A stretch of DNA of 64,000 nt from Methanobacteriota archaeon. GTDB lineage: Archaea; Halobacteriota; Bog-38; Methanoflorentales; Methanoflorentaceae. Where the stretch lies: the NCBI GenBank assembly GCA_963720465.1, contig OY970393.1:1536001-1600000 (forward strand), given 5' to 3'. The stretch's first letter is position 1. Every line of letters begins with the position of its first letter. Under the pieces are notes generated by a model. The model saw nothing but the letters and a program-made list of their open reading frames with translations, made no database searches and was not told where the DNA came from. Positions 48,760-59,270 of the stretch are shown here, in pieces. Made by a program: the position numbers and the translations under genes.

Positions 48760-49449
48760 TCAGGCCGCACCACCAGTCGTCTCAGTCGTCTTGACTGGTG
48801 GCGGTGTCCAGCCGGCATACTTCATCATTTCAGGCCGCACCTCGGCGATGTAGCGCACGACAAGCCCGGTAAACACGAGCTCCATTATCGCGAGGGGGAG
48901 CTGTGTCGGCGCATATCCCAGCATGAAGATACCAATATAACGAAGCACCGCTTCCGGATGAATCGATATGGCGAGCTCAAATGCCGCTGTGAGATAGGTG
49001 AGGATATCACCTACAAATCCCGCCAGCCCAGCAGCCCAAAAAATGCTTGTGCGCCCTCGCAACGCTAGCCACACCCCGTATCCGCTAAACGCTCCCACAA
49101 TTCCCATCGACCAGTCGTTCGCACCGATCGTTGTTAGCCCTCCGTGTCCGACGAACGTTTGGAAGAAGAGAACTATGGAAGTAACGGCAGCCACGGGAAA
49201 TGGTCCTACGATGATAGCGGCCATGGGCGTCCCACAAGGATGAGAGCTTGACCCAGTGACTGGTACAGGAACGTGCCATACCGAGATAACCAGCACGGCT
49301 GCAGACATCAGTGCTAACATAGGCAGATACTGTGCGTTGTTTATTGACTTCCGTCGAATTTGAATAACTCCGATGGCAATAAACACTAGAGCGACTAGCC
49401 ACCAAAAGATTACCCACGCCGGCGACAATATACCATCAGCAATGTGCAA
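48760..49449 (-). CDS. cbiM: ECF Co/Ni S component (CbiM)
   Basis: N-terminal MHIADG, TGSSSHPCG, HGGLTTIGAN, PTQLPLA; TTG start after AGGTGA. Confidence 0.93.
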   Translation of the reverse strand: MHIADGILSPAWVIFWWLVALVFIAIGVIQIRRKSINNAQYLPMLALMSAAVLVISVWHVPVPVTGSSSHPCGTPMAAIIVGPFPVAAVTSIVLFFQTFVGHGGLTTIGANDWSMGIVGAFSGYGVWLALRGRTSIFWAAGLAGFVGDILTYLTAAFELAISIHPEAVLRYIGIFMLGYAPTQLPLAIMELVFTGLVVRYIAEVRPEMMKYAGWTPPPVKTTETTGGAA

Positions 49450-49450
49450 C

Positions 49451-49529
49451 TAAATCACCTTTTCTTGGTTTAAGTCAAATCTTTTCAATTAAATCAATTT
49501 TTTTTGATATAAGTCAATTTATCCTGATT
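49451..49529. promoter_or_regulatory. Four ~20-bp-period operator boxes in front of cbiM
   Basis: TAA(A/G)TCA(A/C) at 49451, 49471, 49490 and 49510; best copy ATCAA-N6-TTGAT; the first overlaps the ribosome-binding site. Confidence 0.6.
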
Positions 49530-49948
49530 CGCTAGCTTGTTTGCAGGGTCTTTTTATTTATACGTTGCGCGTTGCGAGCGACATCATCAGTGTTCAGCAG
49601 CATGGGTCACGCCTTTCTTTCTGGATTTACCACTGGATTGAGGAAAGGTTTGTTTGTTCGGTCAGTCGCAAGTGTGCTCGGTCGGCAGGCAGTTTCGCTT
49701 GTCATTTGCGACAAACGGCGAGTAGCGCGTCGTCACCATCATGATTTGTCTCGAGCCGTGCAAAGTCGACCCTGCCATTTAGTAGTTGTGGTTAGCCTTC
49801 CTCGACTAAGCGCCAGAGCACCCAAAATAACCGTAAGCGAAAAGTCGTGCGGAAGCGAATAGCAAAAACCATCAAAGATCTGATGATAAGCGTGCGTAAA
49901 TGTTACTGATGCACGAGGCCCTCTGCCACGCATGCGCTTAAATCTGAT

Positions 49949-49970
49949 TATATGAATAGTAATTCATATA
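49949..49970. promoter_or_regulatory. SmtB/CadC-type operator
   Basis: Palindrome TATATGAAT-AGTA-ATTCATATA abutting the regulator start codon. Confidence 0.8.
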
Positions 49971-50329
49971 TGAGTGAAATCTGTGACGTTTTCTGCCTAA
50001 ACAAGGAAGCTGTTGAGGGCGTGCGGGCGCAAATGCTTGACCGTCATCTTGTTGCAGGTACAGCCGAGATTTTTAAGGTGCTCGGCGATCCGACGAGAAT
50101 GCGACTTCTCTATGCGCTCGCGCTGCGCGAACTATGCGTGTGCGACCTCTCAGCGGTGCTCGGCATGACACAGTCCGCTATTTCTCACCAACTCCGCGTG
50201 TTGAGAAGCGCAAGGTTGGTCGAGTATCGGAAAGTTGGCAAGATCGTTTACTACGCACTTGCCGACGCACACGTCACGCAGTTCATCGACGTTGGAGTCG
50301 AGCATGCCCGAGAACTACAGCCACGGTGA
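49970..50329 (+). CDS. ArsR/SmtB-family metalloregulator (CadC-like)
   Basis: CDVFC, FKVLGDPTR, ELCVCDL, SAISHQLRVLR, DAHV...EH. Confidence 0.93.
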   Translation: MSEICDVFCLNKEAVEGVRAQMLDRHLVAGTAEIFKVLGDPTRMRLLYALALRELCVCDLSAVLGMTQSAISHQLRVLRSARLVEYRKVGKIVYYALADAHVTQFIDVGVEHARELQPR

Positions 50330-52241
50330 AGAGAGCTGCTCTGCCTGCGCGACGGACATTTTTGAGGAAAAAGGGCCGTTGTGGAAGCAGAAAGAAGTTG
50401 TCATTATTGGTGTAGCTGCAGCCATCTTTGTCATCGGCGTGTATTTCGATGCTGGAATCCATCAGCACATCCTCGCCCAAATCGCGTTCCTTGCGGCGAC
50501 ACTCGTCGCCGGGTACTCCATCATCAAAAAGGGGCTCCTTGGGCTGATCAAGAAACATCGCGTCGATATGAATCTGCTGATAGCGATCGCTGCTGCAGGA
50601 GCATTCACCATTGGCCTTGGCGAGGAAGGAGCGGCGATCATGCTGTTGTTCTTTATCGCCGAGTTCCTCGAAGACTACGCTGGCGATAGGGCGCGACAAG
50701 AGGTCAGGTCACTGCTCAGGCTCGCGCCAGAGACGGCGGTCGTCGTGCGCGGAGGAAGTGAAATCGTCGTTCACGCCCACGAAGTCAAAGTCGCAGAGGT
50801 GGTCGTCGTCAAGCCCGGAGAGAAAATACCATTGGACGGGGTCATCATTAGCGGCACGTCGTTGGTGAATCAAGCTGCCCTTACGGGGGAAAGCGTTCCG
50901 GTTGTGAAGACGGTCGGCGACACGGCATTTGCCGGTACAGTCAGCGAGGACGGATATCTCGAACTACGTGTCACAAAGAGGTCTGATGAAACGATCCTCT
51001 CGCGCATCGTGCAGTTGGTTGATGAGGCGCAGCGAAAGAAGACACCTACCGAGGCGTTTATCGACCGGTTCTCGTACTACTACACCCCCATCGTCATAGC
51101 ACTCGCAGCTCTGGTAGTCGTCCTTCCCGTCCTCCTCTTTGGTCTGCCCTTTAGCGAGTGGTTTTACAGAGGCCTCGTGCTGCTCGTTATCTCGTGTCCG
51201 TGTGCCATGGCGATCTCTACGCCGGTTTCTATGGTTTCGGGGCTCACCGCAGCGGCCCGACAGGGAATCCTCATCAAAGGTGGGGATGTGATCGAAGAGC
51301 TAAAGGACGTCAAAGTAGTCATCTTTGACAAGACGGGGACGCTCACCGAAGGACGACTCGCCGTAACGGATGTACTCAGTCTGAATGGCGCGACAGAACG
51401 CGAGGTTGTGCAGATAGCAGCATCGTTGGGAGCGAAATCGACCCATCCCGCGGCGCAAGCGATCGCTAAGAAGGCAGAAGAAGAAAAGGTCGTGTTAGTG
51501 CCAATCACCGATTTCAAATCGATTGCCGGAAAAGGCCTCACGGGGAGATTCAACGGCGCAGATTTCTACGTTGGTAGCCGTAGCTTCCTTGGGAGCGTGA
51601 ACTCGCGCGTGCCTTATGACGGTATCGACCAACTCGAGATGGAAGGGAAGACGCTCATGCTGGTCGGCACCGATACCCAAGTCATAGGTGTCATCGGCCT
51701 CAAGGATCGAATTCGGGACTCATCGGCAGGGACGCTGCGAGCTCTGACGGCACGTGGCATCAAAACCATCATGTTGACCGGTGACAATGAGCGCGCAGCG
51801 GCTGCGATTGCCAATGAGCTTCCGCTGAGCGAGTATTACGCTGGGCTGCTGCCTGAAGATAAGGTGCGACACGTTGAGGAGCTGGCAACGGCCTACAAAC
51901 ACGTAGCAATGGTCGGAGACGGCGTCAACGATGCCCCCGCGATGGCCCGCGCACAAGTGGGTATCGCAATGGGAGCTGCCGGCTCAGACGTTGCGATTGA
52001 AACTGCTGATATTGCATTGATGCACGATCATCTTTCGAAAGTGACGTATCTTATCGATCTTAGCACGAAAACGATGTCTGTGGTCAGAGAGAACGTGACC
52101 GCGGCGATCCTCATCAAAGCGTCTTTTGCGGTGCTCGCCTTTCCGGGAATCATCACCCTCTGGCTCGCCGTCGGGGTCGGTGACATGGGGCTAAGCCTCG
52201 CCGTCATTCTTAACGCGTTACGAATCGGGGGTAGGGGATAA
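50304..52241 (+). CDS. Heavy-metal P1B-type ATPase (CadA/ZntA-like)
   Basis: LTGES, SCPC, DKTGT, HP, TGDN, GDGVNDAP; N-terminal CSAC. ATG 50304 preferred. Confidence 0.95.
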   Translation: MPENYSHGEESCSACATDIFEEKGPLWKQKEVVIIGVAAAIFVIGVYFDAGIHQHILAQIAFLAATLVAGYSIIKKGLLGLIKKHRVDMNLLIAIAAAGAFTIGLGEEGAAIMLLFFIAEFLEDYAGDRARQEVRSLLRLAPETAVVVRGGSEIVVHAHEVKVAEVVVVKPGEKIPLDGVIISGTSLVNQAALTGESVPVVKTVGDTAFAGTVSEDGYLELRVTKRSDETILSRIVQLVDEAQRKKTPTEAFIDRFSYYYTPIVIALAALVVVLPVLLFGLPFSEWFYRGLVLLVISCPCAMAISTPVSMVSGLTAAARQGILIKGGDVIEELKDVKVVIFDKTGTLTEGRLAVTDVLSLNGATEREVVQIAASLGAKSTHPAAQAIAKKAEEEKVVLVPITDFKSIAGKGLTGRFNGADFYVGSRSFLGSVNSRVPYDGIDQLEMEGKTLMLVGTDTQVIGVIGLKDRIRDSSAGTLRALTARGIKTIMLTGDNERAAAAIANELPLSEYYAGLLPEDKVRHVEELATAYKHVAMVGDGVNDAPAMARAQVGIAMGAAGSDVAIETADIALMHDHLSKVTYLIDLSTKTMSVVRENVTAAILIKASFAVLAFPGIITLWLAVGVGDMGLSLAVILNALRIGGRG

Positions 52242-52248
52242 TGGCACG

Positions 52249-53466
52249 CTATCTGTGGTGTTTTAGGGCGACGACTAGTGCAGCGATTAGAAGCCCGACC
52301 ACGGCATACAATGCTTCAAATCCTGGGAGGCCTGTTCCATTGCTGGTTTGGTTGGAGGTCGCAGCCATGCTCGTGTTCTGAACGGTCGACGAAGCGGGGG
52401 AGGCTGTGGAAGTAACAGCACTTGCAAGGATGATGTTACGGTAGCTGGTGGCCGGCTGTACCAGTGGATACGTGTCGCCGTAGGCTGACGGCGTGCTTCC
52501 GATTCCCGTGCCGTTGGAGGCGGTGCCGTTGTAGTCCGAGTAGTAATTGCCCATATACCCCGTCTGGGCGGTGCCGTTGTAGGTGTACGCCATTGGTTGT
52601 GGGGAATCGAGCCTCACGGAAGAAGATGAGACAACTAGAGCGGACGGTTGGTCAATGAAGTTATTGAGGTATATCGAGTGGTTAGTCGCGTCGATGAGAC
52701 GTATGCCCATCTGAACGTTCGCGCGCAGCGTGTTGAAGGTAAATGTGTTGTTGTCCGACTCCCGAAATCTGACGCCGTACCAATCGTTTTGGCTGATATT
52801 GTTCCCTGTAATAATGTTGCTTGACGAATAAAACAGCGAAATGCCAAAAACGTGGTTCGCGCTCAGGTTGTTGTCACTGACCGTGTTTGAGCCGCTGTAG
52901 TACATGTAGATGCCGTCACTGTATGATGCGTTCCCACCGCCGCCTGTCTCACCAGTTGCCACGTTGTTCGCGATCGTGTTGGAGGTGGCATAGTCACAAT
53001 AGACACCATACCCGTTGTTGGCTAGATTGTTATGGCTCACGTCGCTGTTCGTCGCGTTGGCAAGATATACCGCGAAGACGTTGCCGTGCGCGGTAATGTT
53101 AGTTATGACGCAGGAAGCAACACCGGCAACCTGTACACCAGATTCGCCGCCTATTATGGTCAGGCCGTCAATGTGCACACCTGGACTCGTTAGCAAGAAC
53201 ACATCTTTGCTCGAATCGGCTGCTTTTACTGTCGCGTTTCCTGTTATCGTCAGGGGTTTGTTCACCACGACGTTTTGCGTGTACGTGCCCGGTGCGATGA
53301 GCACCGTGTCGCCCGGTTTCGCAGCATCCACCGCTTGCTGAATGGTTTTAAACTGCCCTCCGGCACCGACAGTCAGATTTGCTGCGCTCACCGGGACCGT
53401 CACAGCAGCGCACAAAATCAGCGTGATCGCAGCGAACAAGAAAGTGTTAGAGACCAATTTGTGCAT
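52249..53466 (-). CDS. NosD/CASH beta-helix surface protein with PGF-CTERM
   Basis: FKTIQQAVDAA, parallel beta-helix repeats, GNYYSDY, D-x-YPL, LPGF followed by a TM helix and a basic tail. Confidence 0.9.
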   Translation of the reverse strand: MHKLVSNTFLFAAITLILCAAVTVPVSAANLTVGAGGQFKTIQQAVDAAKPGDTVLIAPGTYTQNVVVNKPLTITGNATVKAADSSKDVFLLTSPGVHIDGLTIIGGESGVQVAGVASCVITNITAHGNVFAVYLANATNSDVSHNNLANNGYGVYCDYATSNTIANNVATGETGGGGNASYSDGIYMYYSGSNTVSDNNLSANHVFGISLFYSSSNIITGNNISQNDWYGVRFRESDNNTFTFNTLRANVQMGIRLIDATNHSIYLNNFIDQPSALVVSSSSVRLDSPQPMAYTYNGTAQTGYMGNYYSDYNGTASNGTGIGSTPSAYGDTYPLVQPATSYRNIILASAVTSTASPASSTVQNTSMAATSNQTSNGTGLPGFEALYAVVGLLIAALVVALKHHR

Positions 53467-53707
53467 GTCTTGAGCTGATTAGGCCAAAAAAGAAGCTTCA
53501 GGCCTTACTTGACTTGCGTTAGCACGGATATAAAGTTGACGGTAGTTGTGCTCATTGTTCGTTGCGTTGCGGACAGCCGGCAGGCAGCGCGTGCAACGCG
53601 ACAGGATCGGAGGTTCGAGGCTTTCAGTGGGCCTTGTGCCTCCCTGCAATGAGTGTTTGGACAACAGCCATATATACATAGACAGAAGACAAAAAAAGGG
53701 TGATAAG

Positions 53708-54773
53708 CTGCTCCCTCCTGTAACCTTGCGGCACGTCAAAACGCTTACTGATTGTGCAGGCATACTTCAACACGCAAAATATGCGATTCCGAACAGATTT
53801 GAAGGTTATTGCGTTGATGACAATGTGAGAGCACTGCTTGTGACGGCGAAGCACGGCAGTTTGTTCCAAGATGCGTCCACGCTCGATTTGTTGAAGACTT
53901 ATATGGCCTTCACTTTTCACGCGCAGAACGACGATGGGACCATGCACAATTTCATGAGCTACCAACGGGACTTCCTTGACAGCGTGGGGTCCGATGAAGC
54001 GCTGGGTAGGACGCTCTGGGCGTGTGGATACACGAGTGCCGCTTCGAATCTCCCTAAGAACGTTCGAGAAGTTGCACGTGTCATTTTTGAACGCGCAGCG
54101 ACGCACGCGACCAACAGGTTATCCCTAAGAGGGATTGCCTACTGCCTCCTCGGCTTCTATTATTCAAAGGAGTCATTTGAAGGCGCGAGAGAGAGAATCA
54201 AAGCGCTTGCAGCAGAGATTCTACGCAATTACGAGGACACGCGAGCTCCAGACTGGGAGTGGTTCGAAGACTTCATGTCGGTACTCGAACGCTCGGCTGC
54301 CCCAGGCGATGTTGCTTGCCTACGATGCAGTTGGCGATGAGCGACTCCTTTCGTGCGGCGAAAGAACCCTGAAGTTCCTGTGGGATGAAGAGGTTACTTC
54401 AAACGGTGTGATAAATGTCATAGGAAACAACGGCTGGTACGTCCGCGGAAAACACAGAGCGCTCGGCGACGAACAGGCGATCGACGTCGGCGCACTTGTC
54501 GAGGCATTCTTAGGCGCTTACAGGGTCACCGGCAAGCAGCACTACTACCAAGACGCGCTTGAGTGTTTTAGCTGGTTCACTGGCAACAATCTGCTCAAGC
54601 TGCCGATGTATGATGAGGACACCGGTGGTTGTTTTGATGGTCTCTCGCCCCAAAAAGGAGTTAATCAAAACCTTGGCGCTGAGTCTACAGTAGCCTACCT
54701 CTTGTGCAGACTGGCATTTGAAGAGGTCGAAAAGCCTTCTCCAAGTCGCCGAAAGTTCACGGAAAACGGTTGA
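53708..54773 (+). pseudogene. Six-hairpin glycosidase-like domain protein (as in the C-terminus of some glycosyltransferases), one extra base near 54281
   Basis: GILQHA...GYCVDDNVRAL...WEWFED in one frame; YSNARLPQA...IGNNGW...WFTGNN...GGCFDGL...NQNLGAEST in the next. Possibly a sequencing error. Confidence 0.75.
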
Positions 54774-54855
54774 GTCAAGGCAGAATTCTCCACCCCTTAA
54801 AGCACAAAAAAGCTCAAAGAATAGCGAGGACAACAAAAGTCACTGGTGCACATCT

Positions 54856-55479
54856 ATGCAGAACCCTGCCGCCCAAAAGCCCGAAGACTACGTCAAATCA
54901 GCGATGAAGGTTATCGCTGCGAATGTGCAGGCCATAGCTGATGACATAGACTATTCTGAGGTGAAGACGCTTGTCAGCGAAATTCTAACCGTGCATCAGA
55001 ACCAAAAGCGACTGTTTGTCATGGGTGCCGGCAGATCGGGACTCGTCGTTAGGGGCTTTGCCATGCGACTGATGCACTTGGGATTCAACGTTTATGTAGT
55101 TGGCGAGACGGTGACCCCGGCCGTTGAAACGAATGATCTTCTTATCGTTATATCGGGCTCCGGAGAGACCAAATCAATCAATGAGATGAGTGCCCTCGCA
55201 AAAGCGAAAGGCACACGACTCGCCGCAGTAACGTCAAATAAGGACTCTTCACTTGGAACTATTTCAGATACTATTGTAGTCGTGAAGGGACGAACTAAAA
55301 CAAGCGGCATGGACTTTATGGAGCGACAAGTCGTCGGCTCGCACATATCATTTGCTCCGCTCGGCACAATGTTTGAGATAAGCACGATGGTATTCTTAGA
55401 CGGCATCATCGCCGCTCTTATGGAGATCACAAAAAAGAGTGAGGACGACTTGAAGAAAAAGCACGCGACCCTCGAATAG
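54856..55479 (+). CDS. hxlB: 6-phospho-3-hexuloisomerase
   Basis: GAGRSG, FAMRLMHLG, VVGETVTP, SGSGET, APLGTMFE, HATLE. Confidence 0.95.
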   Translation: MQNPAAQKPEDYVKSAMKVIAANVQAIADDIDYSEVKTLVSEILTVHQNQKRLFVMGAGRSGLVVRGFAMRLMHLGFNVYVVGETVTPAVETNDLLIVISGSGETKSINEMSALAKAKGTRLAAVTSNKDSSLGTISDTIVVVKGRTKTSGMDFMERQVVGSHISFAPLGTMFEISTMVFLDGIIAALMEITKKSEDDLKKKHATLE

Positions 55480-55521
55480 ACTGTTTTTACACGACGCTAA
55501 TGACGGCCCGTAAAAAACGGG

Positions 55522-56064
55522 TTACTGCTCTGACGCATGAAGCAAAATGTGCTGGAGCTCGGGCACGATGAGAGCTTCCATCGCGAGCGTCACGGCGTCT
55601 GGAGAGCCAGGAAGACAGAAAATAGCCGTATTTCCTATGATGCCGCTTGTAGCTCGTGTGAGCATGGCGGCTGAACCAATTTCATCGTAGCTGATGCTTC
55701 TAAATAGCTCGCCAAAACCTGGAATTTCTTTTTGAAGCATTTGCTGAACGGCCTCGATAGTCACATCGCGTGGGGCGAGTCCGGTCCCGCCCGTTGTGAT
55801 GATTACGTCAGTGTTACTGAGGAGGGCCCTCACAGATGCGGTTATTAACGCTGCTTCGTCCGATATCAGGGTATACGAACGAACCTTGTGGCCAGCGCTC
55901 CTCAAAAAGTCGATAATAATTCGACCGGATATGTCTTCGGCCTCTTCTGGCGCCTTGACACTTCCATATTTCGCAAATCGAGACGTGCTGATCGAGATTA
56001 CACCAACTTCAAAGCGCTTGTTTACGGCGGGCTTATGGTGGGCCTGTGACCGCTGGCGTCGCAT
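55522..56064 (-). CDS. moaB: MoaB/MogA molybdenum cofactor biosynthesis protein
   Basis: TTGGTG, RDVTIEA, IPGFGELFR, CLPGS. Start uncertain. Confidence 0.9.
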   Translation of the reverse strand: MRRQRSQAHHKPAVNKRFEVGVISISTSRFAKYGSVKAPEEAEDISGRIIIDFLRSAGHKVRSYTLISDEAALITASVRALLSNTDVIITTGGTGLAPRDVTIEAVQQMLQKEIPGFGELFRSISYDEIGSAAMLTRATSGIIGNTAIFCLPGSPDAVTLAMEALIVPELQHILLHASEQ

Positions 56065-56175
56065 ACACGTGGATTGCATTAGTGCGTATATAGCATTTCT
56101 GACGGGAGATTCTGCCACAAGACGCTGGCGCCACGTTAATAAGTATAATAAGAAGCGTCGCCTACTCTTTCAATT

Positions 56176-57243
56176 ATGCGTGTTATCGCATTAGACGTCG
56201 GTACAGGAACCCAAGATGTGCTCCTGTACGACACGAGCTTAGTTACAGAGAATAACGTAAAAATGGTAATGCCTTCGCAAACGGCAATAGTCGCCAACCG
56301 GATCAAGTCTGTTACGGAGCAGGGCCGCAGCTTATTTTTGTGCGGCGAGACGATGGGAGGTGGGCCGAGCAGCGCAGCCGTTCGAGCTCACTTACAGGAG
56401 GGATATTCGGTTTTTGCAACGCCGCTTGCAGCAAGAACGCTCAATGATGATCTTGACAAAGTCCAATCGTGGGGGGTAAAGATAACGGCAGCACAGCCGA
56501 AAACAGACTGTGTTCGAATAGAGATGAACGATGTGGACGTGCCCGCACTAAAATCTGCGCTTCAACAATTCGACGTAAGTCTGCCTACGATGTGCGCAGT
56601 AGCGTGTCAAGATCACGGTGAGAGTTCCGAGAGTAATAGAATTTTTCGTTTTCAGCACTTCAAGCACTTGATCGCGGCGGGTGGTGAGCTGACCAGTTTT
56701 TGCTATGTGGATGGTAGGATCCCCAACTACTTGACACGACTAAAGGCCGTATATCGGACATTGGGGCAGGAAGAAATGCAGCGGATCCTAGTGATGGATA
56801 CTGGTCCGGCCGCAATATTAGGTGCGCTGTGTGATGATGAAGCGGCTAAGCACGCCTGGGAACCTCATATCATTGTAAACGTTGGAAACGGTCATACTCT
56901 CGCAGCTATGCTGGACCAAAAGAAGATCATCGGCATGTTTGAACACCACACGTCCTTGATCACCACAGAAAAACTCGACTATTTTTTGTCACTGTTTATA
57001 GATGGTAAATTAACGAATGAACGGATTTTTCAAGATGGGGGGCACGGGTGTTACATACACGAAACTGGATACCGGGAGATAGATCGAGCTTTCAGAGAGA
57101 GAGGCTTTCGGGTAACCACAATAGGACCTCAACGAGGGATTATGAAGAAATCTCGACTGAGTCCGTATTTTGCAGCACCAGGCGGTGATATGATGCTAGC
57201 TGGGTGTTTTGGATTGGTAACCGGCTTCAATAGTTTAGTCTAA
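56176..57243 (+). CDS. DUF1786 family protein
   Basis: DVGTGTQD, KMVMPS, GETMGGGP, QDHG, MDTG, NVGNGHT, FEHHT, DGGHG, GDMMLAGCFGL. Confidence 0.88.
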   Translation: MRVIALDVGTGTQDVLLYDTSLVTENNVKMVMPSQTAIVANRIKSVTEQGRSLFLCGETMGGGPSSAAVRAHLQEGYSVFATPLAARTLNDDLDKVQSWGVKITAAQPKTDCVRIEMNDVDVPALKSALQQFDVSLPTMCAVACQDHGESSESNRIFRFQHFKHLIAAGGELTSFCYVDGRIPNYLTRLKAVYRTLGQEEMQRILVMDTGPAAILGALCDDEAAKHAWEPHIIVNVGNGHTLAAMLDQKKIIGMFEHHTSLITTEKLDYFLSLFIDGKLTNERIFQDGGHGCYIHETGYREIDRAFRERGFRVTTIGPQRGIMKKSRLSPYFAAPGGDMMLAGCFGLVTGFNSLV

Positions 57244-57866
57244 TTTGTCTGCCTTGACCAAGGAGTAGGAGTAGGAATAATGCACACCCCCCATGTTTGC
57301 GCATCCATAAAACCTTAAACATTAAATATTGAAACAAATTTATACAAAAATTTATATATTAAAAGATTATTACCCCTACAACATGCTATTTTTTATAACT
57401 TACTACTAAACAAAACTCCATTTTTTATTTTTACAGTAGAAAGCATGGGGAGCGTCTCGAACCTTTTCCACAAGCAACAAAGGTATGGCTAACAAGAAGA
57501 ACAAGATATCGATCTTACTTTAAGAACCTTTCATAGCCTTACAAATTAGCGAAGATTATGCCGTTTCGAAGCAAAATAAAACCTGGATTGAGGCTCTAGG
57601 GAGCGATCGATATAAGTCCATGATTGCTTAGTAGCATGATAGGAATACAAGTAGTAGAGTTTGCAGTGGAAGAAATCACTAGTTCCACAGGAAATATAGG
57701 TTGAATTGCACTGGAAATACAACTTCAGAAATCATAAAGTTTATTAACTCACGTTTCCACTATACGGTAGGACCAAGCGGATGGCTCTGAGTAGTCAGTT
57801 ATCTATGCTAGAGTTCAGTGCCTCCAGCAAGCATTCGCTTCCTCTGTTGAAATTGGAGGCAGAAAG
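57244..57866. other. Probable chromosomal replication origin (oriC)
   Basis: AT-rich tract about 57305-57435; mini-ORB-like TTGCAGTGGAA (57661), TTCCACAGGAAAT (57683), TTGCACTGGAAAT (57706) and an inverted partial copy near 57753; directly upstream of cdc6. Confidence 0.8.
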
Positions 57867-59096
57867 TTGGAAGGACTTTTTGATAACCTTTTAGAAAGGA
57901 AACCTGTTTTCAAAGATAAAGAAGTTCTGAGGCCATCCTATACGCCTAACTATCTACCTCACAGGCGCGATCAGCTCAACTCAATTGCTATTATTTTGGT
58001 CGTCGCTCTTAAAGGAGAGACCCCCTCCAATATTCTTGTGTACGGCAAAACCGGCACAGGGAAAACGGCTTGCGCCAAATTTGTGGGCAAAGAATTGATG
58101 GAAGTCGGCGCATCTCGAGGAGTTCCGTGTAACGTTGCGTACATAAATTGCGAAGTGGTCGATACTCAGTACCGCGTCCTTGCATATCTGGCTCGCCAGT
58201 TCAATAAAGATGTGCCGATGACGGGGTGGCCAACAGATCAAGTCTACTCGGAGTTTATTGAAGCACTCAACTCGCAAGGCGGGAGCGTCATAATAATTCT
58301 TGACGAGCTTGACAAGTTGGTCCGAAAAAGCGGGGACGATGTGCTTTACAATTTGTCGCGAATTAACCTCGAGCTCACAGACACCCGGGTCAGTCTCATT
58401 GGGATCTCCAACGACTTGAAGTTTACAGAATATCTTGACCCTCGGGTTAGGAGCTCACTAGCTGAAGAAGAGATAATATTTCCACCTTATGACGCGAATC
58501 AACTGCGAGACATCCTCGAAGAACGAGCGCGTCTAGCCTTTAAGGAACACGCGTTGAACCAAGAAGTCATTCCGCTCTGTGCAGCCCTTGCCGCTCAGGA
58601 GCACGGAGATGCCAGACGCGCGCTCGATTTGCTGAGGGTATCAGGAGAATTCGCCGAGCGCGTGAATGCCGACAGCGTCAAGGAGGAGCACGTTCGGACC
58701 GCTCAGATGCGGATAGAACTCAACCGAGTCGCAGAGGTAATTCGCACCCTCCCTACCCAAGCGAAGCTGGTGCTGTACAGCATAATCACACTTCATCAAA
58801 ACGGAGCGCGAAGCGCAACAACCGGCGAGGTAAACCGAGTGTATGAAACGCTTTGCAGGCAAATAGACCTCGACGTGTTGACTAAAAGGCGAATCACCGA
58901 TTTAATAATGGAGCTGGATCTGCTCGGAATAATCAGTACAAAAGTTGTCAGCAAGGGCAGATACGGTAGAACAAAGGAAATATCTCTCTCGGTTCCCTTA
59001 GACGAAACGTTTCGGGTTTTGTTAGAAGATTATCGTTTGGAAGCTTTAAACGGAACGCGATTTGCAAGAAGATCAGTCAAAGAAACCCTATTTTAA
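57867..59096 (+). CDS. cdc6: Orc1/Cdc6 replication initiator
   Basis: YGKTGTGKT, ILDELD, ISND, FPPY, HGDARRALDLL, winged helix with SKGRYGRTK. Confidence 0.97.
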   Translation: MEGLFDNLLERKPVFKDKEVLRPSYTPNYLPHRRDQLNSIAIILVVALKGETPSNILVYGKTGTGKTACAKFVGKELMEVGASRGVPCNVAYINCEVVDTQYRVLAYLARQFNKDVPMTGWPTDQVYSEFIEALNSQGGSVIIILDELDKLVRKSGDDVLYNLSRINLELTDTRVSLIGISNDLKFTEYLDPRVRSSLAEEEIIFPPYDANQLRDILEERARLAFKEHALNQEVIPLCAALAAQEHGDARRALDLLRVSGEFAERVNADSVKEEHVRTAQMRIELNRVAEVIRTLPTQAKLVLYSIITLHQNGARSATTGEVNRVYETLCRQIDLDVLTKRRITDLIMELDLLGIISTKVVSKGRYGRTKEISLSVPLDETFRVLLEDYRLEALNGTRFARRSVKETLF

Positions 59097-59270
59097 GCTG
59101 TTGATAGCGGCGGTTGAGCTGGGAATACGCTCGCGGCGACCTAAACAAACGCTCGGCTTCGTTTTTCTGTAAGCCCTTACCACAACCCTTTTAAATTCTT
59201 AACAATTACGACAGTAGTAATCGCTCCCTAGGCAACTGATCGATCAAACGTAGTCCGATCATTCCGCGAT

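Noticed and set aside
49530-49940. Cobalamin riboswitch upstream of cbiM
   Set aside because: No B12-box or conserved core recognised.
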